Shown: positions 51,950 through 64,000 of the stretch, piece after piece
How the letters are laid out: each line of letters starts with the position of its first letter
Numbering within the stretch: position 1 is the stretch's first letter
NCBI GenBank assembly: GCA_016748015.1
Contig: JAAOMT010000094.1
Location: forward strand, 190,520-254,519
Length of the DNA: 64,000 bases
Source of the DNA: Geosiphon pyriformis uo1
Lineage: Eukaryota; Fungi; Glomeromycota
Direction: 5' to 3'
Translations under genes and position numbers: made by a program
The notes under the pieces: model-generated
The model's database searches: none
Told to the model about the DNA's origin: nothing
What the model saw: only the letters and a program-made list of their open reading frames with translations

Positions 51950-53939
51950 ATATTATTAAAAATGCTTTGGATATTTAAAATAATAAAGAAAATAGGACAA
52001 TAAGCCATGTCTTACTTGTGGAAAAACACTATTCAATAAAAAAATATGGAATAACATTTTTGGTTAAAAAAAAATATACAACATATTATATTAATACATG
52101 ATTTTTATTAACAATTGGATAAACAGAGAAATGCCATTTAATGTTGCATAGAACAAAACTCTCTCATATTTAAACAGTTACCCATACAATGAAAACAAAA
52201 TCTGACAAATGGCAAGTACCAAAGTTAAAAACACTTCATTTAATAAGATATTAACAATTTTTCTAAATTCAAATATTTTTATTGATATTATAAACAATTC
52301 AAAACAATTTTATAAACACTATTAAGATCTAGCATTCACTAAAAAAGAGCAAAAACAGCATTTAGAACAATTAAATATTAAATTTTATAAACATTACCTA
52401 ATTTTTAGCAACTTCAAATATTGTGATAATTGTAATCTTATTTACAATTTATTATCATGTATGCTTTATTTAATCCACAAAAAAAAAGAATTAATCAGCA
52501 GTTGTATTTTAGAATCAGAATTAAAACTCAATCTCAATTCAAACTTTAATAATAATGACAATAATAGTTTTAATATCATCCATAATGACAACAATAATAA
52601 TAACAATTCAAACTCTAATTCCAACTTTGAACAATATATTACACTTTTAGATTTTTCAAAAAAGCAAAAACTTAAATAATTCAGCAATAATGATGAAAAT
52701 ATTATGTTTAAACATGTACATAATATTAACACAGAGTTTAATTTTAGATACTCAAAGAAAACTGCTATCAGATTGGAATCTTATTTATATACTAGCATAA
52801 ATTTAAAATTAATATTGGAAATTTTAACAATAACAATAGTTTAATTAATGTTTAAATCTAGTTTAATAGAAAAAAAAATTAATATTAGAAAAAAAATAAT
52901 TGATACAAGATATATAAGAAATATTATTGCAATATTACAAAATGAATCAGAAAAAACATATACAATAAAACCAAATAAAAAGATAATATTTCTGCTTTTG
53001 ATAAAAATAATTCAGTTAATATTAATAAAAACAAAAGAAAAATTAGAAATAACAGCAAAAGAGATAAATGGATTTGAATTTATAAGTAGAATAGAAATAC
53101 TAATTAATATAATAGAAAAAAAAACCATTGATTAGAAAAAAATTATTTCTATCAACCAATTAATTTTTATTCTATTATATAACTAATATCTATTAATTAT
53201 AGAGAGCAAAGTAAAAAATCAACCCCAAATTTTTGAAATAAAACTTATTATTTGTAAATTAAGAAAAATTGCCATTACCAATCTTTTCATACTAGCCAAA
53301 AACCATAAACATATTAAGAATCTAATACACAATACAATCAAAGATCCAATAAAAATACTAAGTAAAACTATTATTAGATACTTAAATACTAAAGTTAAAA
53401 ATTAAGTATTTATTACCATTTCAGATTTTCTATAACTTTGTGAATATGTAGATATTACAGTACAAATTATTTACATATAAAAAAATATTATTTGCTATAA
53501 CCAAAACAATTAAAGCAAATAAACTTAGAAAACTTAAATCTATTTTAATGTATACAAATTAAGCTATTATTAAACAATTTTACTTATATTTTTACAAGTA
53601 AAAACGAATTTGGCAGAACTGATATCATTCAATATCAAATTAAAACTAAAGATACAATGTTAATTAACAGAGAGCATATTGAATATCATCTACTAGTTAT
53701 AAGATTATTTGTTAAAAAATTAATTAAATATTAGACAATAGATTAATTTAACTATTAATAAATTCATAGTTATCACCAGTAGTATTCATTTGGAAGAAAA
53801 ATAGAAAGATTTTTTTTTGTGTGAATTATAAAAAACTCAACAATATTACTTATAAAAACAATTATCTAATTTCATAAATCCAAAAATTATTTGATGCTTT
53901 TAGAAGAAAAAAATAATTTTCTATACTGAATTTAAACAG

Positions 53940-54842
53940 TATTACAGATAATTATTTGGAGTCTGAAAACAAATAACAAATCTGTAACTTGGTGCTCAAT
54001 AGCAGAATAGTTGGTAATAATATCTGAAAGTTTTTGTGATCTAAAAATTTTGGTTGAGTCTTTTGTATAATGAACAGAGATTTAATGTTAATATCTTGGT
54101 GTGATGTTTTTAGTTTTCTTACCCAACCCTCAAGTTGGTATGTTTTGGTGTTTGTAGCCTTCTGGAATGGTTATTCTGTCAAAATTTTTTTTTCAGTGTA
54201 ATGGCCAATTTATTTTGGCAGTTGTGCTTTTTTGGTAAGTTATTTATTAATTTATAAATTTTATACTCTTATTTTTAAGTCTTTTATTAGGCTATCCTTG
54301 ATGTCAATTACTCAGCACTTAATTTTTTTTAATCAATTTAGTAAACAACAAAAGAAAATAAAATAAAGAAATAAAGAAAATAAAATAAGAAATAAGAAAT
54401 AAGTGTCCTGTCAATAGCCGTGATTAAGAGCTATTGTGTCAGCAGATTAAGTAGTGGATAATAACATGGATTTGAAAATAATAAATAATTTTATTAATAT
54501 GGGAATGATTTCATTTCAAGTTATAGTATTCTATCTTTTGAAGAAAGGGTATTGTTCTAAATTAATAAAACTTTATTGAATTCTCTAGAAATTGCTTTTT
54601 TTGCTTTTAATATTCTTGCTATATATACATAAATTTTATTATACAAAATTCCTTAAATTTTTCAATTCTTTAGCCAAGAATCCTGGAATTTTTGGCATCT
54701 TGTAATTTCTTATACAGGAATTCTGTAATTCTGAAATCCTGCAATTTCTCTAAAAAGAATTCTAGAATTCCACTTTTACTACATCTATTTTGATTGGCTA
54801 ATTTATGTACTAATATATAATTTTTATATTCTATAAGTAACA
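53940..54842 (-). mobile_element. Solo LTR, family 1 (G2-like U3), in G5 RT
   Basis: Reverse complement of a G2-type LTR. TSD ACAG/ACAA inside the LDLDSGYW motif. Confidence 0.9.
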
Positions 54843-55719
54843 ACAATAATTACTGACAAGTAGTCATAAATTTACTCAATAAAAAAAAACAGTATTTACT
54901 ACTAAAGAAAAGAACTTTGAATTTAATATTATGTCTTTTGGCTTAACTAATGTTCCAGTTACTTTTCAATAACTTATAAAAGTTGTTTATACTAGACTAT
55001 TATAAAAATCAATAATAGTTTACTTAAATAATACCAACATGTTTTTCAAAACATTTAATAACTATTTTCATTATTTCTAACAAGTATTTAAAAGATTAAA
55101 AAAAGCAGAATTAAAATTAAATACTATCAAATGTTTCTTTAGAAAAACTAAATTCAAGTTTTTGGAACATATTATTAGCAAAGATAATATTAAAACAGAT
55201 TCAAATAAAATTGAAATAGTTAAAAACTTTTTGGTATTAATAAACTTGACAGAATTAAAAACATTTTTGGGATTTGCTAGATATTATCATTATTTCATTC
55301 AAAATTTCTCCAAATTGGTTCAATCACTATACCAATTTCAAGCAAAAAACACCAAATATAAATAAACTAAAAAACAACAAAAAGCTTTTAATATATTAAG
55401 AAAAAAGTTTATTTAAGCTTTAGTATTAATCTATTCAAATTACAACAAGTTATTTATTATTACTATAAATACATTAGGCCAAGCATTAAGAATAGTATTA
55501 TTACAAAAAAAATTAAATAGACAAAAACATCTAGTAATATATATTAGCTGAAATTTGAGTTTAATTAAAAAAAACTATGAAACTTCAGCACTAAAATATT
55601 AAGCTATCTATTAGACTATTATGAAATAGAAAAAATACTTAAATCAAAAGTTTGATGTATATACTAATTACAAAAAATTAACATTAATCTAGAAGTAAAA
55701 ATTTGAAGATAATTGTTAT

Positions 55720-56447
55720 TGTTACGGTTTAAGAATTTAGCAAAAAGAATCATAAAAATAATACAAACTATTTAATCATAATATAGCACAGTAATAATCT
55801 TAGAAAGGTAATAATTAACATAGTAGCAAACACCATCTCGCAATAGTGGCAAGCACCAGTTCACAATAGCAGCCAACACCAACTGGTGATAGCAGCAAGC
55901 ACCAGGTTAAAATATCAAAAAGAAAGTATTTTCTCGTAGAACTACAAACATGTATATATACAGTAGTTTTAATATTGGGAAAGAATCAATCAAGTAATAA
56001 AAATCATAACTTATCAAGCAATAGATCCAATTTTATCCAACAAACTCCACTTTAAATCATACTTTNNNNNNNNNNNNNNNNNNNNNNNNNNNNNNNNNNN
56101 NNNNNNNNNNNNNNNNNNNNNNNNNNNNNNNNNNNNNNNNNNNNNNNNNNNNNNNNNNNNNNNNNNNNNNNNNNNNNATTAGAGAAACACATCAGGCAAT
56201 TGCAAGGATAGCCTCAGAGAAGACTCCAGACAGTGGGTAGATTTCAGTTCAGCCTCTGAGAAGGAGTACATAAACACACACAACAATCAAGAATTAAAGA
56301 ATAACTTACATCACAACAGTAAAAAGAAAGCCTTTAGTGTAACAGTGACATTATCACACAAATAGAATTGAGGAACTCACGAAAGACTGATTGCAATTAA
56401 AGCGGGATATCAGCAATTAAATATAACAAGAAAACCATCCCATAACA
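55720..56447 (+). mobile_element. Family-3 LTR insertion (solo as assembled; spans a gap)
   Basis: TGTTAC...ATAACA, TSD TTAT/TCAT, homologous to 16987-17807. Retains CpGs, so it is probably younger. Confidence 0.82.
56066..56177. other. Assembly gap (112 N)
   Basis: Run of N. Confidence 1.
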
Positions 56448-58636
56448 TCATACAAGATAAAAAATAAAAATAGTACTATTTAATTATACAATACATTATA
56501 AAAAGAAAAAAAATAGAAATATTAATAGTTTGTTATAAATAAAACAAATCAAAAAAACATTTTAACTCAAAAATATAACAAAAGATAAATACACAAAAAT
56601 ATTAACAACTCAACAGTTCAAGAAAAAATTATCTAAAAAAAAACAAAACAACATAAAACAACAATCAAAATATTTTATCACTTATCAAAATATACTATAT
56701 TAGAAAAACAAAAAGATCTAAACCAACTATTTAAAGTAATCACAGAACCAAAAAAAAGACAATACTGTTTAATATGTACTCAAATCCAATAGCAGATTAT
56801 TTCTATAAAGAAGTAATTATAAAAAAAACAAAAAAAAATATTATTAATTATCTATATATTCAGATATTATCTAATATGTTTAAAATTGTGATGTTTATCA
56901 AAAAAAAACAAGACCCAATAAACTACTAAGATTAATCAAAATGAAACAACTATTTAATTGAATTGAAATTAACTTAATTAGATTATTAATTATAATTAGC
57001 AAAAGCAATTAATACATAATAGTAGCTATAAACTATCTTACAAATAGCCAAAAGCTAAAACCATTTAAAAAGCAGATGCAAAATTTGTAGCTAAATTTAT
57101 ATACTAAGATTTAATTTGTTGACATAAATGTCCAAAAAAATTATTATTAAACCAAAAACTCATTTTATAAACAGAATATTGACAAAATTAAGTTAAAATT
57201 TTGGAATTAAAAAACTACTATTATCTCTATATTATTCATAAACAAATGGCTTAATCAAAAAATTCAACAAAATATTGTGTAAAATAATAGCCAAAATCAA
57301 TTAAAAAAACCAGAATAAATAGAATTTGTTTATATTATCAGTATTATTTGCTTATTGAACAATAAAACAAGATATTATATAAGCAACATTATTTAAATTA
57401 GTCTATAATAGAACAGCAATATTACTAATTGAGATAGATATTAACACATATTTAACAAAACCAATAACAAAAGCCAACTTTCAAAAAACATTGCTAAAAA
57501 GAACATATAACTTAATAGAAACTCTAAAAAACAAAAAATAAAGAGCAGTTAATAATATACAAAAATTACAAAAAAGCAGAAAAAATGATATAACAATTAA
57601 TTACCAAATAAATCAATCGAATTTAAAATTAAAAACAAAGTATTTTTATATCATATCAAAATGAAAAAACAATAAAATAGAAAGTTTAATCTCAAATAAA
57701 ATAATCCATTTTACATTAAAGAAATTTTAGAAAATGATGCTTATAAATTAAGATAAAACAACAAAATTTTAACCAAAACAATACATAATAATTAACTAAA
57801 ATCATATTACAATATAGCATCATCATTTATCAATAATATCCCACAACTAAAAATACAAAAAATACTAATTAAACCAAATAAAATTCTATAAGATATAAAA
57901 CCAATTATAATCATCAAAAAAACACAAAAAGTAGATCAAAATAAAAGTATATAAAGACAACTTATACATAACAAAAGCAAGAATAAAAAATAAAAATTCC
58001 AAATTACATCTATATAATAGCACAAAAATTGTTTCAAACTATAAATTAACAACAATATGACATAAAAATCACTATTAATTACTAAATAATTTGTTATAAA
58101 AACATAAAAAGAGAAAGAAAAGCAAAAATCACTTCATATCTGCAATCACAGAATCAAACAAAATATTAATCAGATAAGATTATAGAAAAAGTAAAGAACA
58201 CTTTTGAAAAAACACTAATTAATGTTTTAATAAAAGAACTAACTAAAAAAAATTAAAAGTTATAAATAAAACAACTTCTAATAGTATCTTATTACTATTA
58301 GTTAGAACGAATATTTAAAAATTATATACTGACAAATTCAAAAAAATATTCAATTAAGAAATAATACAACAAATTAAAGACTTTATTAGAAAAAAAACAA
58401 GTTTTATACTATACATTAAAACAATTTACTAATTTTACATTATATTTCAAAATTATCCAAAAATATTACAACATTCAAAAATAGAAACAATAACTATTAA
58501 TCAGTGAGAAAAAATGATCAATTCTTAATTTGAAGATATAAAAACCAGAATTGAACAAACAGTATTAGAAAAAGAAATAATAAACTTAATTCAAAATAAA
58601 AATTTTGATGAAACTTAATATTAAAGAAAAAGATAA

Positions 58637-59476
58637 TTTTATTCATATAAAAGAGTACAAAAAAAGATAGAAAAAACAGATCAAAAAATAGACCAATAAG
58701 AGAATAGTACTTAATAAATAAGCACATATTTAGAAAATTATAACATATTTTCAAAAATATACATATTTTCAAAAAATAAGCATATTTTTAGAAAGTAGTA
58801 TAAAAAAAAGTAGAAATATGTGAAATCTTGTATAACATAAATTATGTATATATAACAAAAGTATTAAAAACAAAAAAAAACAGAATAATAGTAAGAATAA
58901 TAGTTAGTAATAAGTAACTATCTAATACTTTTTTCTTTAAAAAATAGTTTTTTATAACTTAAAGTAAAATCACATTCATATTAATAAACATATTTATTAT
59001 CATCCAATTTATGTTGTTATTATTTAATAAGAAATATTAATTATTTCTATACTATTAACAATTCATGTCAATAAAATTTAATACTTAACTATATTGGACT
59101 AATAGCTCTTAATTATGGCTATTAATATAATACTAATTTCTTATTTCTTTTTTTATTTTTATTTTTTTATTTTTTATTTTTTTGTTGTTTATTAATTAAT
59201 TGATGTCAAAAATAGTCTGATAAAAAACCTGTAAAACAAAAGTAAAAAACTTAAAAATAGCTTATCAGAAAAACATAATTCTCAAAATAAACTGGCCATT
59301 ATACTAAAGACAGAAATTAAAGAAAATCATTAATAGAATCTTTGTCTATTATATAAAAAACTTAACAAAAATTTTCAAATTATAAAATTTTTAGAAATTA
59401 CTATTATTAACAACTATTAAACACCAAATTATAAGTTTGTTATTTGTTCTAATACTTTAAATAATTACTTGTAATA
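58637..59476 (+). repeat. 3' LTR of G5
   Basis: Follows a purine tract. Its distal ~260 bp match 48021-48280. Ends TTGTAATA. Confidence 0.85.
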
Positions 59477-60905
59477 CTGACTATTAAAGCTTTTGGCATA
59501 AACAGTTAGAAATAATTAACAATAATAAAGATCCAAATTTAAACTATGCTTTAATTAATCTCAACAATTATTATACCAAAGACAGCAAAATTGTGGTCTA
59601 TCTGTATGTTATTATTGTGGACTAACTGAACATTTTTCAAGAGACTGCAACAATTTTTCATTGTTTTTTCCAGTTCTTAAAAACAATAATAATCAGATTT
59701 AACAATAATAATGCCATTAATTAAAGACTTAATTATGCCAATATCAATTTCTTTGGAAAAAATTCCTTAATTAAAGCCATTATTTATTAGTCTTTAAACT
59801 GGTAAGTATACTTTTAAAAAATAAGAGTGCAAGCCAACCAGAAAAAAATTTCTTTTACATTTTTAATCTAATTGATAATGACTATATATAGATAAATTAG
59901 CCATCAATTTTTTTGAATCTACAAGAAAAAAGAAAAAAGCTAAGATTGATTTTACTTTAGACTTTAATAAAGTTTTAACTTCCACTATTAATAACAATAA
60001 ACCACCAAAATCTAAAGATTTTAAAGATTTTCTAAAGTTAAAACTTTCAGAGATAGTACAAAAATCTGGCTTTTATTTTGTTATTAAAATCTTATAAAAA
60101 TCTTAGTTTATATTATTTTTGGCCAATTAATAACTCATCTATAGTTCAGAAAAAATCTTTACAAATTCTTAATTTCAAAGAAAAAAACACTAAAAACCAA
60201 TAAGTGCTTTTGTTAAGCTGGACTTGTTAACAATAGTAATGTTATTTTTTTGATTTGTAAAGCTTAAATGGCTGGTTATTTTATTAACTTAATTTTAAAC
60301 AGTAGATTATTCATCAGTATTATTGCCAAACACTTTTTAAAAGCTATTGGCAAAAAAATTGATAAATTTTTTACTTGACTAATAACCAATATATATAATA
60401 ACAAAAAAAAAGATTTGGATATAGCCAAAGCTGTTTTTGTTTACATCAATAATATCAGCATTAAAACTGATATAGAAGTTTTTAAAGCCAAGAAATACAT
60501 TATTATTGTAAACAATGAATGGCTTAAAAAAACAAAAACATTACTTGATTATAAATTATATAAATTAATTATTAAATATAGTAAGAAACCCATTGTGGTT
60601 AAGTATTATTATTAGACAACTTCCACAGTATTTAAGTAAAACCAAAAAGAAAAACAATCAAATAAATTAGATAATAATAAAAATAATAAAAAAGAAGAAC
60701 AAAAAAAAACTGTTGAACTTGCTTATATTATCTTTATTAGTAATAATAAATTACTGAATAATATTAAAGTTGATAAAAAAAATTATTGTAAATAGCAAGC
60801 TAATTTGTTGGTCTTACTATAATATACTTAAAAAAATTTTTGACAAAAAACCTGACAAGAAAACCAAATACAGTTATTGATGACATAATTTTTGTGTTTA
60901 GTACT
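59477..60905 (+). mobile_element. Gag-protease fragment of a different Gypsy (probably family 2), host of G5
   Basis: YYCGLTEHFSRDC knuckle; LILNSRLFISIIAK (protease LDSG); IIIVNNEWLKK. Confidence 0.72.
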
Positions 60906-60907
60906 AA

Positions 60908-63900
60908 TGTAATTACAAAATAGAATTAATAATAGTTCATTGTGGTTATCATTAGTTCATAAAACTTGATAAGTTTCTTAGATAAGTTTGTTTATTTCTT
61001 TTTTGAATTCTATCTGTAGTTGTGATTGGGTCATTTTAAAGTGACTGCAGATAACTGGTATTTGAATATGTTGATCAATTTGACTAAGCTGTAGCTCTTA
61101 AGTATTTCAGTCAAGAATGGCATTGGTCTTAAACAGTCAGTTATTATTAATGAAAGCTTGGTATTATGTAGCTTTTATGATGAGAATTTTGATGGGTGCA
61201 ATAATACTGTTGACTTTAAAAAAGAAGTCATTAATTTTGTTAATTGGAGTCTTGGTTGCTTCATTAACTATAATAATTCTAGTGCTAACAATATAATCAA
61301 TTCAACAACCTAATTGGTCCATGAGTTGTTGTGTGATAATACTATCTGTTAACTTATTATTAAGAATTAGTTTAATAGATTGGCCATCAACTTTGGTATC
61401 AGTATATATGGCATTAATCAGTTTGGTATTAAAAATAGCTTTATTGAATAACAGAGTTTCTGTTTGGTTTTTCAACTCAAATAGAAAAATAGCAGTTAAT
61501 AATTTATTTTTTGTGACATTTACTAATAAGATGTTGTTGGTAAGTAATTGGTAATTGGTTTCCAAGTTGTTGAATAAGTTGTTTTCTGTTACAGCCAAAA
61601 GATTTAAATAGTTTTGGGAATTTGGGTTTTAGATATACTTATTTTCCGAATTTTTTAAGCATGATTTTAATGCCTAATTTGAAAAACTAAGAATTAGTTG
61701 GTGCATAATCATTATTGATTTTTAATTCTGTTGTGTGTGTATAATTTTTGGTCTTTAATTTCTGGTTAATATTGGAGCTAAGTTTTGTAACAGTATTTGA
61801 ATAAGTTGGAATTAATAAATTATTTAGGACTGTAGTAATTGATAAAGTATTAGTACTAAAGTCTAATAAACTGGAAGTGAGTATATTGGTTGTTATGTTA
61901 ATAGTATGTAATAAAGTTAATATTAATATTGTTCTTGATTTTGGATATAATTCAGAGTTTGAAACCTGCAATCAGGATTTTTATATTGGTTTTTTGATCA
62001 TAAGTTATTAGATCTGACATGACAATCTGTTTTTAAATAGCTTTATTTACTGCAGTAATGACAATTATGCATTTTTTGTTGTTATTGTTAATTTGCTAAT
62101 AATAAATACAATTGATTTTGAAAATGATTGAAGTTTTTTTAATTGTTGTGACATTGTAAAAGATAATAAATAGCTTGATTGTTAACTAAATATCTTTTGA
62201 TTAATGGCTTTGCCAAATTGCTTTAATTTGGTATTTAATTCAGATAATCTATTTATTACTAGATTTATGGCTTGAGTGTGGTTGGTTTCAAGTTTGGCTG
62301 ATTCAAAATTTTTGGTATCTATTACTGTATCTTGGAGAGTATTTGGGTGTATTGGACATACTTGCTATAACAAGCTGTTGTGTAATCTACAAATAAATTA
62401 AATCAAAATTTGTGGTGCTGTAAAGTAGTCAGTATTGATTGTTTAGATTTAGCACAAATTTCTGTGAAAACATTCTAAATAAGTAATAACTGCTTTGGTA
62501 TTATCTTGTTTGATAATAATAAAGCTAGTTAACAAACAATTAATGCTGTTGTTATTGCTAAAATACTGTAAAAATGCAGTTTTAAATATGTCAAAATCTT
62601 GGAGTTTGTTTATAAAATTCTGGTATCATAAATTGGCTGTATTTTGTAAGAAATAGGAAATAACTTAAAGAACTTTAATGTCATTTTATCTATTGGTTGC
62701 AATAGCTTTTGCTATGTTGTTCAGCCATACTTGGGCATTGTTTTTTTCATTGGTAAATTTCTCAAGTTTTACAATTGGTATATAAATCATTGATGTTGTT
62801 ATGGAAGAGCTTTTTTAGTATATTTTAATTGTTGATATTTTGTTTTAATTGCAATCAGTCTCTCATAAGTTCCTCAATTTTATGTATTGAATATTAATAA
62901 TAATATACTGAAGGTTTTCTTTTGATGTTATGATATAAGTCTTCTTTTTAATTTTAGTTGTTTTTATATGTTGTGTACTCTTTTCCAGAAGCTAATCTGA
63001 AATCTATTTGCTGTCTGGGGTCTTCTCTGAGGCTATTTTTGCAATTGTTTGATGTGTTTCTCTAATCTAAAAACATGGAATGTTAATGGCTTTTTTGTAA
63101 TTTTTCTAAGTATATAATAAAGCTTTTTCAATTTAATTAGTAACTACGTAAATAATCTTAATCAGAAATTATTCTTTCAAAGAATTCAAAGATGGAATGA
63201 TAGTTTCATTCACTAGAGAGGATATGTAAATTCTATTGTTAATCTTATAATTGTAATATTAATTCAATTTATTATTTTTATTAATTTTTTTTGAATAAGA
63301 TTTTATTTAAATATTTGTTGTTTTGAGTTGAAGCTATTTGATTCTTTATTATTAAAAACTATTGTATATATATATAATTATTGTTTTACAAAATAATGTC
63401 TTGTAATATTCTATTTCTATTATTTTTAAATAGTGCTTGCTGCTATTGTAAAATAGTGCTTGCTGCTTTTATATGATAGTGCTTGCTGCTATTGCATGGT
63501 AATGCTTGCTGTTATTTGTAAATCATTTTTTTTTCTTTTTATAAATTGTTGCTGTGCTATTTTATGATTGGCTAATTTATATTATTTATAATTCCTATTA
63601 AATTCTTGAACTGTAACAATATAAGTAGTAATAATTATAGTAGTTGCTGTTAAATAATAATTGATACTACTGGCAATAAATTAATTGAAATAATTGGAGA
63701 TAAGTTTTTTGAAAGAATAGGAGCTGAGTTTGGATTGTTTGGGTTTGGCTGAATTTGAACAATCAGAGTTTAAACTTCTAAATTATTTGGAATTAGGTTT
63801 TGATTATTATTTTCTTAATTACTGTTTTTTTTTCTGATTTAGTGTTTTTTTAATGATTGGTAGATACAAAATTTGGTTAAGATAGCAGTAATTAAAGTTT

Positions 63901-64000
63901 TAATAATATTGTTGATCATAATTTAAATCTTTTAAAAAAATTGCTATAGATTCTTAATAGTTTGGTTTTTTTGATTATTTTAAAACAGTATTTTGGATAA
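60908..64000 (-). mobile_element. Gypsy G6 (family 1): gag-protease fragment, runs off the window
   Basis: ORF 61302-61598 (AIFLFELK...TDTKVDGQSIKLILN) and the gag remnant match G1/G2 in reverse complement. Confidence 0.88.
62797..63618 (-). mobile_element. Solo LTR, family 3, in G6 gag
   Basis: Reverse complement of 16987-17807. TSD ATGT/ATAT. Confidence 0.9.

Larger units (their letters stand above)
48021..59476 (+). mobile_element. Gypsy G5 (family 1): near full-length, heavily mutated, with three nested solo LTRs
   Basis: Partial 5' LTR 48021-48280, PBS TGGTGCTCCCTGT at 48283, gag-pol collinear with G2, ORF3 from ~57990, PPT, 3' LTR 58637-59476. Confidence 0.88.

Overview
Eukaryotic, very likely fungal DNA. 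The AT-rich composition, short GT-AG introns and repeat families suggest a Glomeromycotina genome such as Geosiphon; this is inferred from memory, not searched. The first 2.9 kb hold the 3' part of one intact host gene (TCP11/Sok1 family, IQ motif, two introns visible). The remaining ~61 kb is a nested stack of dead transposons: two RNase H-bearing LINEs (one inside the other), at least seven full or partial Ty3/Gypsy bodies, six solo LTRs with 4-bp target duplications, and one pogo-type DNA transposon. The most notable points are: (1) C->T/G->A hypermutation of repeats in all dinucleotide contexts with almost no transversions, which looks RIP-like in a lineage where RIP is not established; (2) a pogo element carrying a patchwork of captured gene pieces, including a TilS-like PP-loop exon and an intron-bearing fragment; (3) a Gypsy family whose polyprotein carries an unexplained Cys-rich domain and a dUTPase between protease and RT, plus a conserved non-env ORF3 with its own TATA box; (4) a central YR step at 11 of 12 LTR insertion sites. 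All alignments and counts were done by eye, and inner boundaries of degenerate elements are approximate.
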